48,194 nt of DNA from Psammoneis japonica (taxonomy: Eukaryota). This document shows, piece after piece, positions 11,340 through 22,500 of this stretch. The stretch spans positions 778,840 through 827,033 of the forward strand of contig QPGO01000016.1 of NCBI GenBank assembly GCA_008632985.1. Reading direction: 5' to 3'. The translations under genes were made by a program, and so were the position numbers. Each line of letters opens with the position of its first letter. Within the stretch, counting starts at the first letter, position 1. The notes below the pieces were generated by a model, which searched no databases, was not told the origin of the DNA, and was given only the letters and a program-made list of their open reading frames with translations.

Positions 11340-11705
11340 ATGTACTCCCAGATATTCTCTAAAGGTTCATCCTACATCGTTAAGGAGAGTGGGAAGACGC
11401 AAAATGTAATCGGCAAGCTGGCGCGAAAGTTGCATCGTGGGCAGGCACGAGAAAGAGAAGCCATTGCGAATAACGAGCAGGACAAGATCGCCCCCACAAA
11501 GAACGCATCAAAACAGCAACAGAAAAAGATAGGTCTCACCACGTTGGAAGCTGTGGAGGTTGCAAGAAGCCGTCATCAGGGAAGAGCCCCAGTGCAACGA
11601 CTTGACAGCCTCGACCTGTACCCCGCTCCCGACACCTACTCATCCTGGATGCCAAGAACAGATTCTCTCTTTATGAACAGGTTGCGGATCCAACGGATGA
11701 CATAG
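11340..11705 (+). CDS. Small hypothetical protein (about 121 aa, basic)
   Basis: ATG preceded by an A/C-rich leader (caaacaacaa...tcaaccATG), normal dinucleotide content; no recognised family. Confidence 0.5.
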   Translation: MYSQIFSKGSSYIVKESGKTQNVIGKLARKLHRGQAREREAIANNEQDKIAPTKNASKQQQKKIGLTTLEAVEVARSRHQGRAPVQRLDSLDLYPAPDTYSSWMPRTDSLFMNRLRIQRMT

Positions 11706-12199
11706 GTACCTACAGTCAATCTCGAGGGATCCTCTTAGTTGCTGCACAATTTTGAACATCTGCATACCTAGTATGTTTCTAATTTTTAGAGCTTCACACT
11801 TCCAACCAGAAGCAAGTCATAGTAGTGTTTTCAACTTTTTTGACTCTCAGCAACAGTACTCCCCTCTTCTCTTCATCTAGGTTTTGCTATTAAAGATTAC
11901 GCTGCTCCGCCAAGTTATACAATTGCTAAAGTAATAGAAACACAGAGCTTGTTGTCCTATACCGGTAATGTATAGGCCACCACTGTTCGATCGCGTCGTA
12001 TCACATAATAGTCCCCTTGATCGCCCCTCAGGATCTCAGTGACGATATCTGAAACCAATGTCGTCGCCTTCGATCTTGTCATCCTGTGAATGGCTGGCTC
12101 TTGTTTCAATCATCAAGTATACACCTATGAAAGAATGAAGGTGTCATAAGTACTGTCCAATTCAAAAGGAAGTGTAGATTTGCAATTCAGATTCTTCAT

Positions 12200-13762
12200 T
12201 CAAAGCACAAACGCAGTCGACTGCTCAAATCCGTCGGAGAACTCCCCGGTTTGGATGGCTTCATCGTTAGAGATGACAGCGTACGCTCCACCCAATCCAT
12301 TTCCTGCAGAATCGAAGATGGTGAAAACGTAAGAGCCATCTGAAACGCACAGTTGCGAACGCTGAGAGGCAACCCCCGATGAAACGGGCCCATCAGAAGA
12401 CGAAACAACCGCTCCGTCTCTTTCCAGCTCCCAGGAAGTCTCCGAAGACGAGGAACTTCCGTTGAACACAAGTTCGACATTCACCCTATTCAAGTTGGTA
12501 CAAGCTAGCGGTTCAGCAGGAGGGTAAATCAGCGGCGTTGTCTGCTGCGTTCCGGAAGTGAATTGTTTGGTTGGAAAGACTTTTCCGTTAATGGTGAAAC
12601 GGTACGTTCCATTCCCCTTGTTGCAACACATTCCATCGCCTTCGCTATCTAGCATGGCAAATATGGCAGAGAAGGAACTGCTACTCCCTGTCAGACAGGT
12701 CTTGCTTACAACATATCTTGTGGATTCTTCGTATGGTCCACCCATTGTGATGACGCTTTTACGCCCTCTCAACTCCCACGTGGTCTCCATCTGTCGATCA
12801 TCCAGAATAAGCTCAACAACGACCGAAGTATCACCCTCGTCACATTCAGCAGGTTCCGTAGGAGGAAACGTAAGCCCCTTTTGCGACGGCGGTGGTGTTG
12901 GCGGTGACGTAGGCCGAAGTGTAGGAAATGGAGTAGGCTTAGCCGTGGCAGGAATGCCTGAAGGTCTTTTAGTAGGCATAAAAGAAGGTCTTGATATCGG
13001 GGTTGGTAAATTGGTTATAGTGGTCTTAAGATTCGGCGTGGGGATCGGTGTAAGAGGGAGGCTTGATGGAGGTGACGGCGTGGGCTCTTGGTTTGGACCC
13101 GACTCTTGTTCTAGTCCGTCTATTCCTGATGACGAAGTGCTTTGCCCACCTGATGCGACAACCACCAAGGCTACGGTGACAGCAACAAGAACAACCACAA
13201 GTGCCAATAACGCGCCCAGAAGAACTCGATTCCGCTTCTTTGACCACCACTTCGATTGTGGTTCTGGTGTGTTTGGTGACGGCTCGTAGTGAGGAACAGC
13301 GGCCACAATCGAAGGATCTTGAACGAGCTGAGCAGCAATGATTGGTGGTGCGTTATCGGCACGCGATGGACCACTCTGAGACGTCGTCGTGGTGTCTTGA
13401 TCAGGGAGTGAACTTCCCCCTTCCCTGAATGCGCCGGGAGGAACTAGATTTGATAGCATGTTGATGTGACGGTCCCGTGGTTGTTGACGAAAAGAGCGAG
13501 GAATAGGAGGGGCAACATCACCTGGGACAGAAGCGGTACTTGAATAAACCTCTACATGCTTTTTCTTTTCGTAAGGCAAGGCTTTCTCTTGTGGCCAGTA
13601 GTTGATAGTTGCCGCGGGAGTTGTATCCGGTATTTCTTGTGCAAACGACGCACAATCCCCTGATGGAGGCGGCACATCAAAGTGATGTTTGGGAATGGCA
13701 GGAGGGCTAGCATCGTCCTCTCCCTCGTCAACGATTAACCTTCGCGAACGACTACTACTCAT
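12200..13762 (-). CDS. Single-pass (type II) membrane protein with a Pro/Thr-rich stalk and two tandem extracellular domains
   Basis: 520-aa ORF; TM segment VLLGALLALVVVLVAVTVALVVVA; PTxxP repeats; two ET(T/S)WEL...DSxGxG repeats of a type common in diatom surface proteins. Confidence 0.85.
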   Translation of the reverse strand: MSSSRSRRLIVDEGEDDASPPAIPKHHFDVPPPSGDCASFAQEIPDTTPAATINYWPQEKALPYEKKKHVEVYSSTASVPGDVAPPIPRSFRQQPRDRHINMLSNLVPPGAFREGGSSLPDQDTTTTSQSGPSRADNAPPIIAAQLVQDPSIVAAVPHYEPSPNTPEPQSKWWSKKRNRVLLGALLALVVVLVAVTVALVVVASGGQSTSSSGIDGLEQESGPNQEPTPSPPSSLPLTPIPTPNLKTTITNLPTPISRPSFMPTKRPSGIPATAKPTPFPTLRPTSPPTPPPSQKGLTFPPTEPAECDEGDTSVVVELILDDRQMETTWELRGRKSVITMGGPYEESTRYVVSKTCLTGSSSSFSAIFAMLDSEGDGMCCNKGNGTYRFTINGKVFPTKQFTSGTQQTTPLIYPPAEPLACTNLNRVNVELVFNGSSSSSETSWELERDGAVVSSSDGPVSSGVASQRSQLCVSDGSYVFTIFDSAGNGLGGAYAVISNDEAIQTGEFSDGFEQSTAFVL

Positions 13763-14237
13763 TTTGAAGAGGCATTGATTTCATGAGAGATCTTTCGTGT
13801 CATTCATTTTGTGGTTCACACCTGCAAGGTCGATGTGTTCTTTTCGGTTCCATTCCGCATTCATTCAATCGTGTCGTGTCATGTTGGCGTCACGATAATA
13901 AAAATTCGGTTGGCTAACTCGACTCACCGACGCGGCGGCGCTTCTCTCCATCCGAGAGGGTCAAGAAAGGCCCAACAACGGACTGAATGAAGATTTATTG
14001 ATTGCACCTTCGGTCGTGAAAGCGTGTTTCGATTGAGACGTGCGCCCCTAAATAAGAATGCACGTCTTGGCGAGTCGTGGCATACGTAGAGACCAGTACT
14101 GAATTCACTGGCGATGCTGCGACGCGGGACTGAAAATGGTGGCGGGGTGCGTGATGATGATTCATTTGCCTCCCATCATAAAATCTCGATACGCTGGTTG
14201 AACAACCGTGTTCACAGCATCGATAAGAAAGAATACC

Positions 14238-17120
14238 ATGCCACGAAGAAACACTTCAAGCCACCTTACCTTGGAAGACATCCATCGTTCGCTCTTCAAG
14301 GTGCAATCCGTCGCCTTGACTTCATCAACAGGCAACGACGATGCTCGAAGTACGGAGCAGAGTGTGTCTGACTTGACGACCATGAGAGCTATTTCTTCTC
14401 TCGAGTCCACCGAGATCTACGACGCTCTTCACGAGTACAGCATGTTTGCTAGACCTGCTAACGAAAGCGACGTTGAGAAGTTGGTGGAGCTCGTAGTGCG
14501 AATGGCGATGTTGTGCGGTGAACACGGGAACCGCTGGAAAATCTTTATGCTGTCAGCCTTTCGACGTCGGTACCATGCCAAGGCTCCCACTGCCAAGCAA
14601 GCTCTCAATGCTACAGAAAGTCATGAGAGCTGAGATGACGCTGTCGATGGTGATGGAGAGAGGTTGGTCTTTTACGTCACTTGCCTCGCGCTCCATCGAT
14701 ACATGCGTGTCATTGAGCTCGACGACACGGTCGACAACGACCACCTCAAGTTCGTCAAGGCGGCGGTTCAATGCATGCTCACCATCTCTCCCAATCTTGG
14801 TGGTACGCGTGACGTCAATGCAATGATTGAGCATTTGTCCTTTGAGTTGCTCCTTGATCTTGGACACGCGACTCTCGCGTCTCCCATTCCAGATGCGCCA
14901 ACGAGCTTCAAAGGAAAACTCGTCGCCGCCATCACCGATATCCTTGACCGAGATAGTGCTCCTTCGGACTCCGCCCTTGGTCAAGTCCTACACACTGCCG
15001 CTTCCTTTCTTGACAGCGACTTGGATAAACTTCGCTCCGTTTGCGAAGAGACTGACACAAATAAACTCTGCTCTACCATCCACATTACTCTTCCGCACAA
15101 CAAGCGCGGATCTTCCAAGGGCAAGACGTGGCAACGAAACCTGGTCAATGCCATTGCCGAGATTCTCATTTGGCAGAAAACACTTGTGGCGGAAACCGAC
15201 GATCGGTTTTCTGGTGCGCTCAATGAACTCAAGAGGCGACCTCCATCCATTGCAGACGGACACGATTGCATCCTTCGAATGCAGACGACGGCACGAAAGC
15301 GACGAAAGCTGCTCAATGACCGTGCTCGAGAGGAAGGCTTCATGCTGTCTTCTCTGTACCTCATGGACAAGAGCAGCGTTACGCTACGAATGATTCGCCG
15401 AGCCAAGGCTGGCGATTTAGCCATGCTCTCCAAAATTGCTCGGAAAAACAAAGACCAACATATTCTCAAGATGATTCTAAAGCGCAACCTTGACCCCTCC
15501 AAGGCGACCCCTATCGAATCGGTTGATGCCTTGGTCAATGAATGGATCGATATTCGCACCAAGGTGGACGAGGAGAAGGATCCGATTGAGGCGTTGGAAC
15601 TTGAACTCCAAGAAAACACAGTGCGTGCTACGGTTCAAAAACTTTCATCCACAACCGAGGGGACAAACCGCCCTGTCCTGGTAACGTTGGTTGGACAGAA
15701 CAAAAGCAACGCGGTAGGCGCCATTATTGTCGCTGCAGCGTTTGGCAACGCCGCTCGTCTTGTCTTTGGCTCCGACGAAATCGACGTATCAACGCACGTG
15801 GCAACTATGGAAGTCATCAATGAGATTTTGTGCTCGGGTCCAATTGGGAATTTCCGAGATATCCAACAAGTGCTTGAATCTCACGGAAACGAGGAGTCCC
15901 AAGATATAATTGTGTTCTCCTCGCAAGATTTGGAGCTCGACGAGACCGTCCTCAAGTCGCTGCAAAGCAAAGACATTAGGATTCGAGTTCATTCGACTCA
16001 CAAGATTGAGATGCCCGAGGGCGGTTCTATCGACGTGCAGCTCAATGACAAGATTTACGCTGCTCTCAAAGCGGGTGCACCCATTTCCTTGTCGGTGCTG
16101 TTGGACTGCACCGGATCGATGGGTCGCGAGATTGAAGGATGCAAAGAGGGTGCCCTGGCTTTGATTTCATCCTTTAACGACCTGTCCACGGTATCACACG
16201 CCAACTTTATGGGGTACTGGGATCCCATTGGTTCGCCGGGTGACCCAGAACCACGCAGCACTGGATTCCTCGAGCCCACCAAGAGCAACCTCGACAAGAT
16301 TCAAGCCTTTGTAAACAACGAATTGCGTTGCATGGGAGGAGGTGACGAGCCCGAAGATGTCCCTGCGGCACTCGAGAAGCTCATCAAAGACATTACGGAC
16401 GCTGGACTCTCGGCCAACGACGGAGTCCATTTTTGCTTCTTCATTGCTGATGCTGGGTACCGACGCAACGAAGAAGCTAGAGTGACGACGTGTTTGGAAG
16501 AATTGAAGAAAATGGGCATTGTCATGGTGATGTGTCCTGTTCGAAGCTATGGTACTTCCTGTAAAACCCTTGTTGCACGCAACAGCAAGGTGTTTAAGGA
16601 GACAGGACAGTACATTGAACTCGGCGGCGTTGGCCAGTTGGCGTCGATTGCCTCTATTGTCACCGAGACGATTCGAGCTTCCCTGTTTGGGTCAAGCAAC
16701 TTGGTTTCCGTCACAGCGTCCGTGGGTCAAACCCTGGAGGCCATTGGCCAAGTCTGTCGCTTTCAGCGTGATGCCAAGGAGTTGAAAAAGGTAGAGACAC
16801 TCACGGCAAGCAAGCCTGAGGAGATGAGCACCAAGCCAAGTACAGACGTCTTTGTGGGGAGGAAGGAATTCAAGCTCTCTAGCAGGGATCGGCTGTTTTT
16901 GCAGCTCTCGAGACTTCCAACCATTTGCCACGAGACGGTTGATGGCGCATTTGGTGGCAAGAGTCTTGCAGAGCAGGTTGCCGCTGTGATTGCAAAGCAA
17001 CTCTTGGAGAATGAAATTCCAGTGACGGAGCTGGACAAGGCGAATTATCCGCCAGACGTGGTGGAAAGTGTCCGGCAAGTCCTTGGTGGTCACGGTAGAA
17101 TGCATAGCACCGACGCATAA
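14238..17120 (+). CDS. von Willebrand factor A domain protein (VwkA-like vWA), interrupted by one in-frame TGA at 14631-14633
   Basis: MIDAS-like LLDCTGSM, GGGDEPEDV and FIADAG motifs; ORFs 14208-14633 and 14664-17120 share one frame. Confidence 0.75.
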
Positions 17121-17149
17121 GATGTAGATTCTGTTACTCTTGCTCTCTG

Positions 17150-17918
17150 CTAGACGGCTGACGCTGCAGTAACTATAAGGAATAGAGCATAGAGAATTCC
17201 AAACGCAAATTGCCCGCACGCCCCCTTGTGGAGAGACCATTTCCATTCAGGAGTACCCTTTTCGTACAACTTCATGGTTCGAGTGACATGACACATGGCC
17301 CACGCAGCTGCCATGATTGAAAAAGAACACAAGATTGCCTCCATCACAACCCACCCTACTCCACGGTCAATTCGATTGGTAATCATGGTGACCCAAAACA
17401 TCCAACAAATACCGGCTTGAAAGTACACCATGCCGCAAACGATATGCGGCGTTGTGCCCTTGCCCTTGGCGGGGATCAAACTCATGAGCCACAAAAAGAC
17501 GTTTGCCACCAGCAAACCAATCGTAGCTAAATGTGAAATCACCTCCACTTCTCCTTTTCCTTTGAACGTACTTGTGATTTCGTCGAGCCACCAAAAATTA
17601 AAAACCTGAACAAGAGCCCCGTGGAGAGTCGTCGTCACGACAAAGATATTGTAAGGCCACGACTTGAAACGAGCAGTAGCTGACGGTAGGAAATCTCAAG
17701 GGATCATCTATTTCTTGATCTGCGTCAGTATCGTCTTCTTCTTCAACATCGTCGCTTCCCTGCTCCGCTGAAGTTGAAGTGATGGGTTGCTGCTGCTTCT
17801 TTTCTCGCTCGACTTGTTTTCGGTACAAGACATCTAGATAAACCGCAATCGCCGTTCCAACTACTAGAATAATAGCAGCTACAACGGCTAGACTAACGGC
17901 AACAGCTTTAGTTGTCAT
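17150..17918 (-). CDS. Multi-pass membrane protein of unknown function, apparently frameshifted near 17650-17700
   Basis: N-terminal TM plus acidic loop in one frame, about 4 further TM segments in the overlapping frame. Confidence 0.55.
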
Positions 17919-18254
17919 AGTGGCTGTAGTGGCACTCTCTAGAGAGGGTAAAGTGCCTGGGCATTGTGCATTCTCAAATGAAGTGAGCGATCTCAAGATC
18001 GTCCTGTTGCTGTGATGAAGCGCGACCTCGAAACTGCTCAGGAGAGAGCGCGCGAGAGAGCTCGCGTTCGATTGGCGATCTTACCGGTATGACGTCATGC
18101 TCATTTTTTCGATTCATTCGATCGAAAGACAAAAGAACAAAAAAACAACGGCAATGGCGAATGGCGAGCGAGGTCCGAGCGAGTGAGGCCCAGAGTTGCT
18201 TCATTGTTGCCTGCTTTCACACTGACACTACTATTGAGCAAGCGAACTATATAA

Positions 18255-19331
18255 ATGATTCCAGGAATGGCTCGAGTCGTTTCTATTGCCCAGGTGCTAT
18301 CCACTTGTATGGACGCCAATCGACAGGGTTGTCAGGTAAATTCAAAAGAAGAACATCTGTGTTTTGCATTTTTCTTTGTTTATTCTCATGAACCTCTTGT
18401 GCAATTGCAGGTAATTCGAGACTTTTGGAAACAAAATTCGGTTACAACAGATTCCAAGGTTTTAAAGGAAGCCAACGAAATCAAGTCCGTGGTAACTCAA
18501 GCAGACATTGATGCTCAAGCCATTATTTTTCAGGGACTGCGTCAAGCGTGGGGACGAGACTTGGATTTGATTGGTGAAGAAGAAGAAGAGGATAGTAAAA
18601 CATTCTCTGGAGATGCAACTCCACTGAGAACCAATCTATTGGAAAATGTACAAGATTACCAAATTCCAATGAGTGATTTGACAGTCTTTGTTGATCCGTT
18701 GGATGGAACACGAGAATTTGTCGAGGGGCGTATTGAAAATGTAGCTTGCTTGATTGGAATTGCGAGACAAGGACGAGCCATTGGAGGAGTCATTGGGTTG
18801 CCCTTTGGTCCCAGTGATAGTGTTGAAATTCATTATGCATTGCTTCCACTCGAAAATGAAAAGCCCATTGTTGGAACGTGGCCAACAATACAAGAACCTT
18901 CTGCTGCACACTGCTCTGACATGCCTACAATTCTGACGGGAGACTCGTCCCATCCAATCTTGATCAAAGCCACCAAGTGTGCCATGGACCTTGTCAAACA
19001 AACAGACTCACCCACACATTCCATACTCGGTGGGACGGCAGCAAAGCTCCTTTTCGTCGCAAACAACCCCAACAGCATGGCGATTTTACATTTCAAATCA
19101 TGCTTGTGGGACACGTGTGCTACACAAGCACTGATTCACGCCAAGGGTGGTAAAGTAACAGACTTGTTTGGGAGACCGCTGGTGTATTCAGCAACGGCAA
19201 GTATGGGAAATGTGTTTGGGGTTGTTGCATCGTCTGCCGGAATGCTACACGTGCACAATAAACTGTGCGCTGCCATGTCAATAGACGAGCAAGCGGTGCA
19301 AAGTATTCTCGGCGGAAACAAGCTAGATTAG
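18255..19331 (+). CDS. Inositol monophosphatase superfamily, 3'(2'),5'-bisphosphate nucleotidase-like; probable intron 18336-18410
   Basis: VTQAD, IGEE, DPLDGTREF and WDTCA motifs; GTAAAT...TTGCAG in-frame 75-bp intron. Confidence 0.9.
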   Translation: MIPGMARVVSIAQVLSTCMDANRQGCQVNSKEEHLCFAFFFVYSHEPLVQLQVIRDFWKQNSVTTDSKVLKEANEIKSVVTQADIDAQAIIFQGLRQAWGRDLDLIGEEEEEDSKTFSGDATPLRTNLLENVQDYQIPMSDLTVFVDPLDGTREFVEGRIENVACLIGIARQGRAIGGVIGLPFGPSDSVEIHYALLPLENEKPIVGTWPTIQEPSAAHCSDMPTILTGDSSHPILIKATKCAMDLVKQTDSPTHSILGGTAAKLLFVANNPNSMAILHFKSCLWDTCATQALIHAKGGKVTDLFGRPLVYSATASMGNVFGVVASSAGMLHVHNKLCAAMSIDEQAVQSILGGNKLD

Positions 19332-19515
19332 ACCTACCAGTATGTAGACTACCTACCGTATTACTGCTCTCGTTGATGCGAGAGGCTCCCAACTCACTCT
19401 AACGGTGCAATGGACACTAGACCTAGAGGAGTCTGAATCCAAATCACTTTATACGATTGTATTCACTAAATTATTTTTCTTCCCCGTTTCACAGAACTTG
19501 TACCGATTGACTAGT

Positions 19516-22500
19516 TCAACTTTGTTTGCATTCCTGCGTGTTCTCTTCATTTACTTCTCCCGCCTCGCCAAGCGCCATTTGCTGCCGAGCTGTCAACGTT
19601 GGCACCTTCTTCTTTGACGAAGCCAAGCGAGTAGGGCGTCTCCTGTTTTCAGAGTCAGTCTTGAGCGCCGACAAGGGTGCACGATGAGACTGCTCGTTTC
19701 GGACCTCGGGACTGGCAACTGCCGGATTGTTACCGGATCGACTGACCTCCGCTATCCCTTGGGAGTATAACAACGCACCAAAGTCAGCCGTATCGTCGGC
19801 CGTTGCTTTACGCTTGAGTGACTCCAATTCAGACTTTGTGTTTTGCAGCTGGCGCTTGGAATTCTTCAAGTCGACCATGAGATCAAGATTCTCTTGTTCC
19901 AGGTACCGCACTTGTCGACGTTTCTCGGTCTGTAATTCATTTATTTTCGCGTTAACGTTCTCGGCCTCTTCCCGTAGCTGGTTTCGCTCCTCCCGAAGTG
20001 AGGCGGCCTTATTCCTTACCTCGGCGAGCTCTTGTCTGGCATTGGCCTCGGATTGACTTAGGGACGAAAGCTTTTCCTGAGCTCGATGGAAGTTGCTATG
20101 GAGCTCCTTATTCTCCGCTTCTAGTCTGTCAATATCCATGACAAATTTGTTCGCTCTCCCCTCTTGGTTCGAGAGAGCCTCGCACTCTTCTTCGAGGGAA
20201 GCAACCTTATCACAGAGGGCTGCAATACTCCCGACATAATCACCACTATGGACATCTCCAATGTGGCTGGCCATCAAGGTTTCCAGACAGCTTGCTTTCT
20301 CGCCTTCCAATCGTTGACAGTGCGAAACGTACTTCCTGAGCTTGGTCTCTAGAGCTTGCTTCTCAAATCGCAAAGTCGAAACTTCTTCTTCTTCAATTAC
20401 ATTGTTGGAATGAGATCGAGCCCCATGGAAGGCGGCTGAGGATTGTAGATGTTCGATTTCCGCTTTCGCTGCTTCTAGCTCTGATTTCGCCTCCTGGGCC
20501 TCTTTCAAATACTGAACTCTCTCCTTCTGTATTGAAGAACGATGAAGACGTATTGTTAGCTTCGACTGACGACAAACGTTATGAAATGATGTGCAGACAC
20601 ACACCTTTATAGTCTTTATAGCTTTGACTTGTTCTTTTGTTAGCCGTACAGACTCAAGTTTCCGTATCCGCTTATTTTTCGTCTCGACTTCTTTGGTGAA
20701 CTTCGTGAGCTGCTTTTGGAGCTCGCGTACTTTGTCCGAAGCCTTTGTTGCCTCGACAGATCTTGCGGTCGACTCCTCGATTTTTAAACGAAGCTGTTGG
20801 TTCTCACCCAGCAAACTATCAATGCGTGCGTCAAGATTCGAGACCTGTTCCTGAAGACCAGAAACCATGACGTCGGCACGTGAGCCGCTTGCTTTTGCCT
20901 GTGATAGCTTGTCCTTTAACTCAATTATCTCCTGCTTGGCCGCGAAGCATTCCGCCTTTGCGCGACTATGCTCTGCCTTGACGCCTGCTACTTCTTCGGC
21001 GTGCCTATTCTCTTCATCCATAAGAGCTTCATTGGCTTGCTTCAACTGCTTCTGTACCCGTTTTAGATGAGCGGCCTGTTCCGAGACTTTCTGGTTTGCT
21101 TTTTCCACTTCACGATCACTTTCATGATTCCTCGTGGCTACGTTGTCAAGTTTCATTCGCAATGCATTGACAAGAATATCCGAGCCCATAGAATTCGTTG
21201 GCGAAGAAAGCTCCGGAGCAAATTCTTTCCGTAGTCTGCGCTCAACCCCACGAGACGTATTGAGCTCAGCTTGAAGTGCTTCAACTTGCTTTGCCGATTC
21301 CGCCGAATTTTTCTCAAGCATGTTACACTTTTCCAGTAGCTCCTCGGTTTCCTGTCTGGCTGCATAGGCACCATCTTGGGTATCTTCTAGCTTGTCTTTT
21401 AGCACCGATACTTCCGCTCTCAATTTGGAAAGCTCGGCTTCGGCGTTTTGGATCAACAAGCGCTGCTCTTCGCCCATAAGACGCTTAAGTTCGGTTTCTG
21501 ATGCTTCCCGGTTTTCCCGTTCTTTGCGCAGTTCCTCCTCCGCGTTCGTTTTCTCTTCCAGCAGCAGCTCCATGTCACTCAGAAGTTCCTGATATTCAGC
21601 TGAATCGCAGCCAGCTCCATTCTGGCTTTCCATGTACGCCATTTGCTCTTCCGCGATTCTAAGTGATTCACTCCGTTGAGCCAGAAGGTGTGTGGTCTGA
21701 TCAAGCTTAGTTTCCTTCTCTCGTAGCTCTTCCTCCGCAATAATAGCAGCTTCCTCCGCTCGTTTGAAGTCGCTGTTTGCGGTAGCGAGTAGCATTTTCG
21801 TTTCCGTCAGCTCCTGGGTCAGCGATTCGACTCGATTTCGCAATGCAGCAAAATCTTCTCCAGACCTTGCAGAAGACTGCACCTTCTTAAGAGCTGTCTG
21901 AAGGCCTTCTTTCTCTTGCTCGATATCTTTCATCATAATCATAGCATCTTCATATCGGCGGCTAAGCTCCTGGTTTTCGCTCTCAATCTTCACGGCATTC
22001 TCGAGATTGGACTTCATTTCTGCTACTTCGGACAAAAGGATTTCGTGGCTTTCCTTGAGTGACTTCAGTTCAAATGAAGCGTCACTCCTTCCCTGGGTTT
22101 CAGACTCGAGCTCATCCTCCAGTGCCTTCTTCTCCGATTGAAGCTGCTTTGCCTGTGCAACAGCCGTGTCCCGTGTTTCGGAAAGGGTCTGCAGCTCTTT
22201 TTCCATACCAGCTTTACCCAATTCGAGTTGACCTATCCTTTGTTGAGCATTTTCGAGTTTCCTTTTAGACTCCTGTACCGCGTTGGATGAAGCAGCTCTT
22301 GCATCTTGAAGTTCAGCTAGCTTCGCGTCTCGTTCCAGTAGCTCCCGATTGACGGACTCCTTCTCTGAAACCAAAGCATCAACGCGGTCCTTCAGCGAAT
22401 CTATTTCGGCGTCAACGTCGCTCCTTTGCTTCTTCATCTGCTCAATGTCGGCAACCAGATTCTCTTTAGCATTCAGCTCCTTCTGAAGCTGTGAATCCAA

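Noticed and set aside
12558..13289. 243-aa plus-strand ORF
   Set aside because: Antisense shadow of the Pro/Thr-rich membrane protein gene
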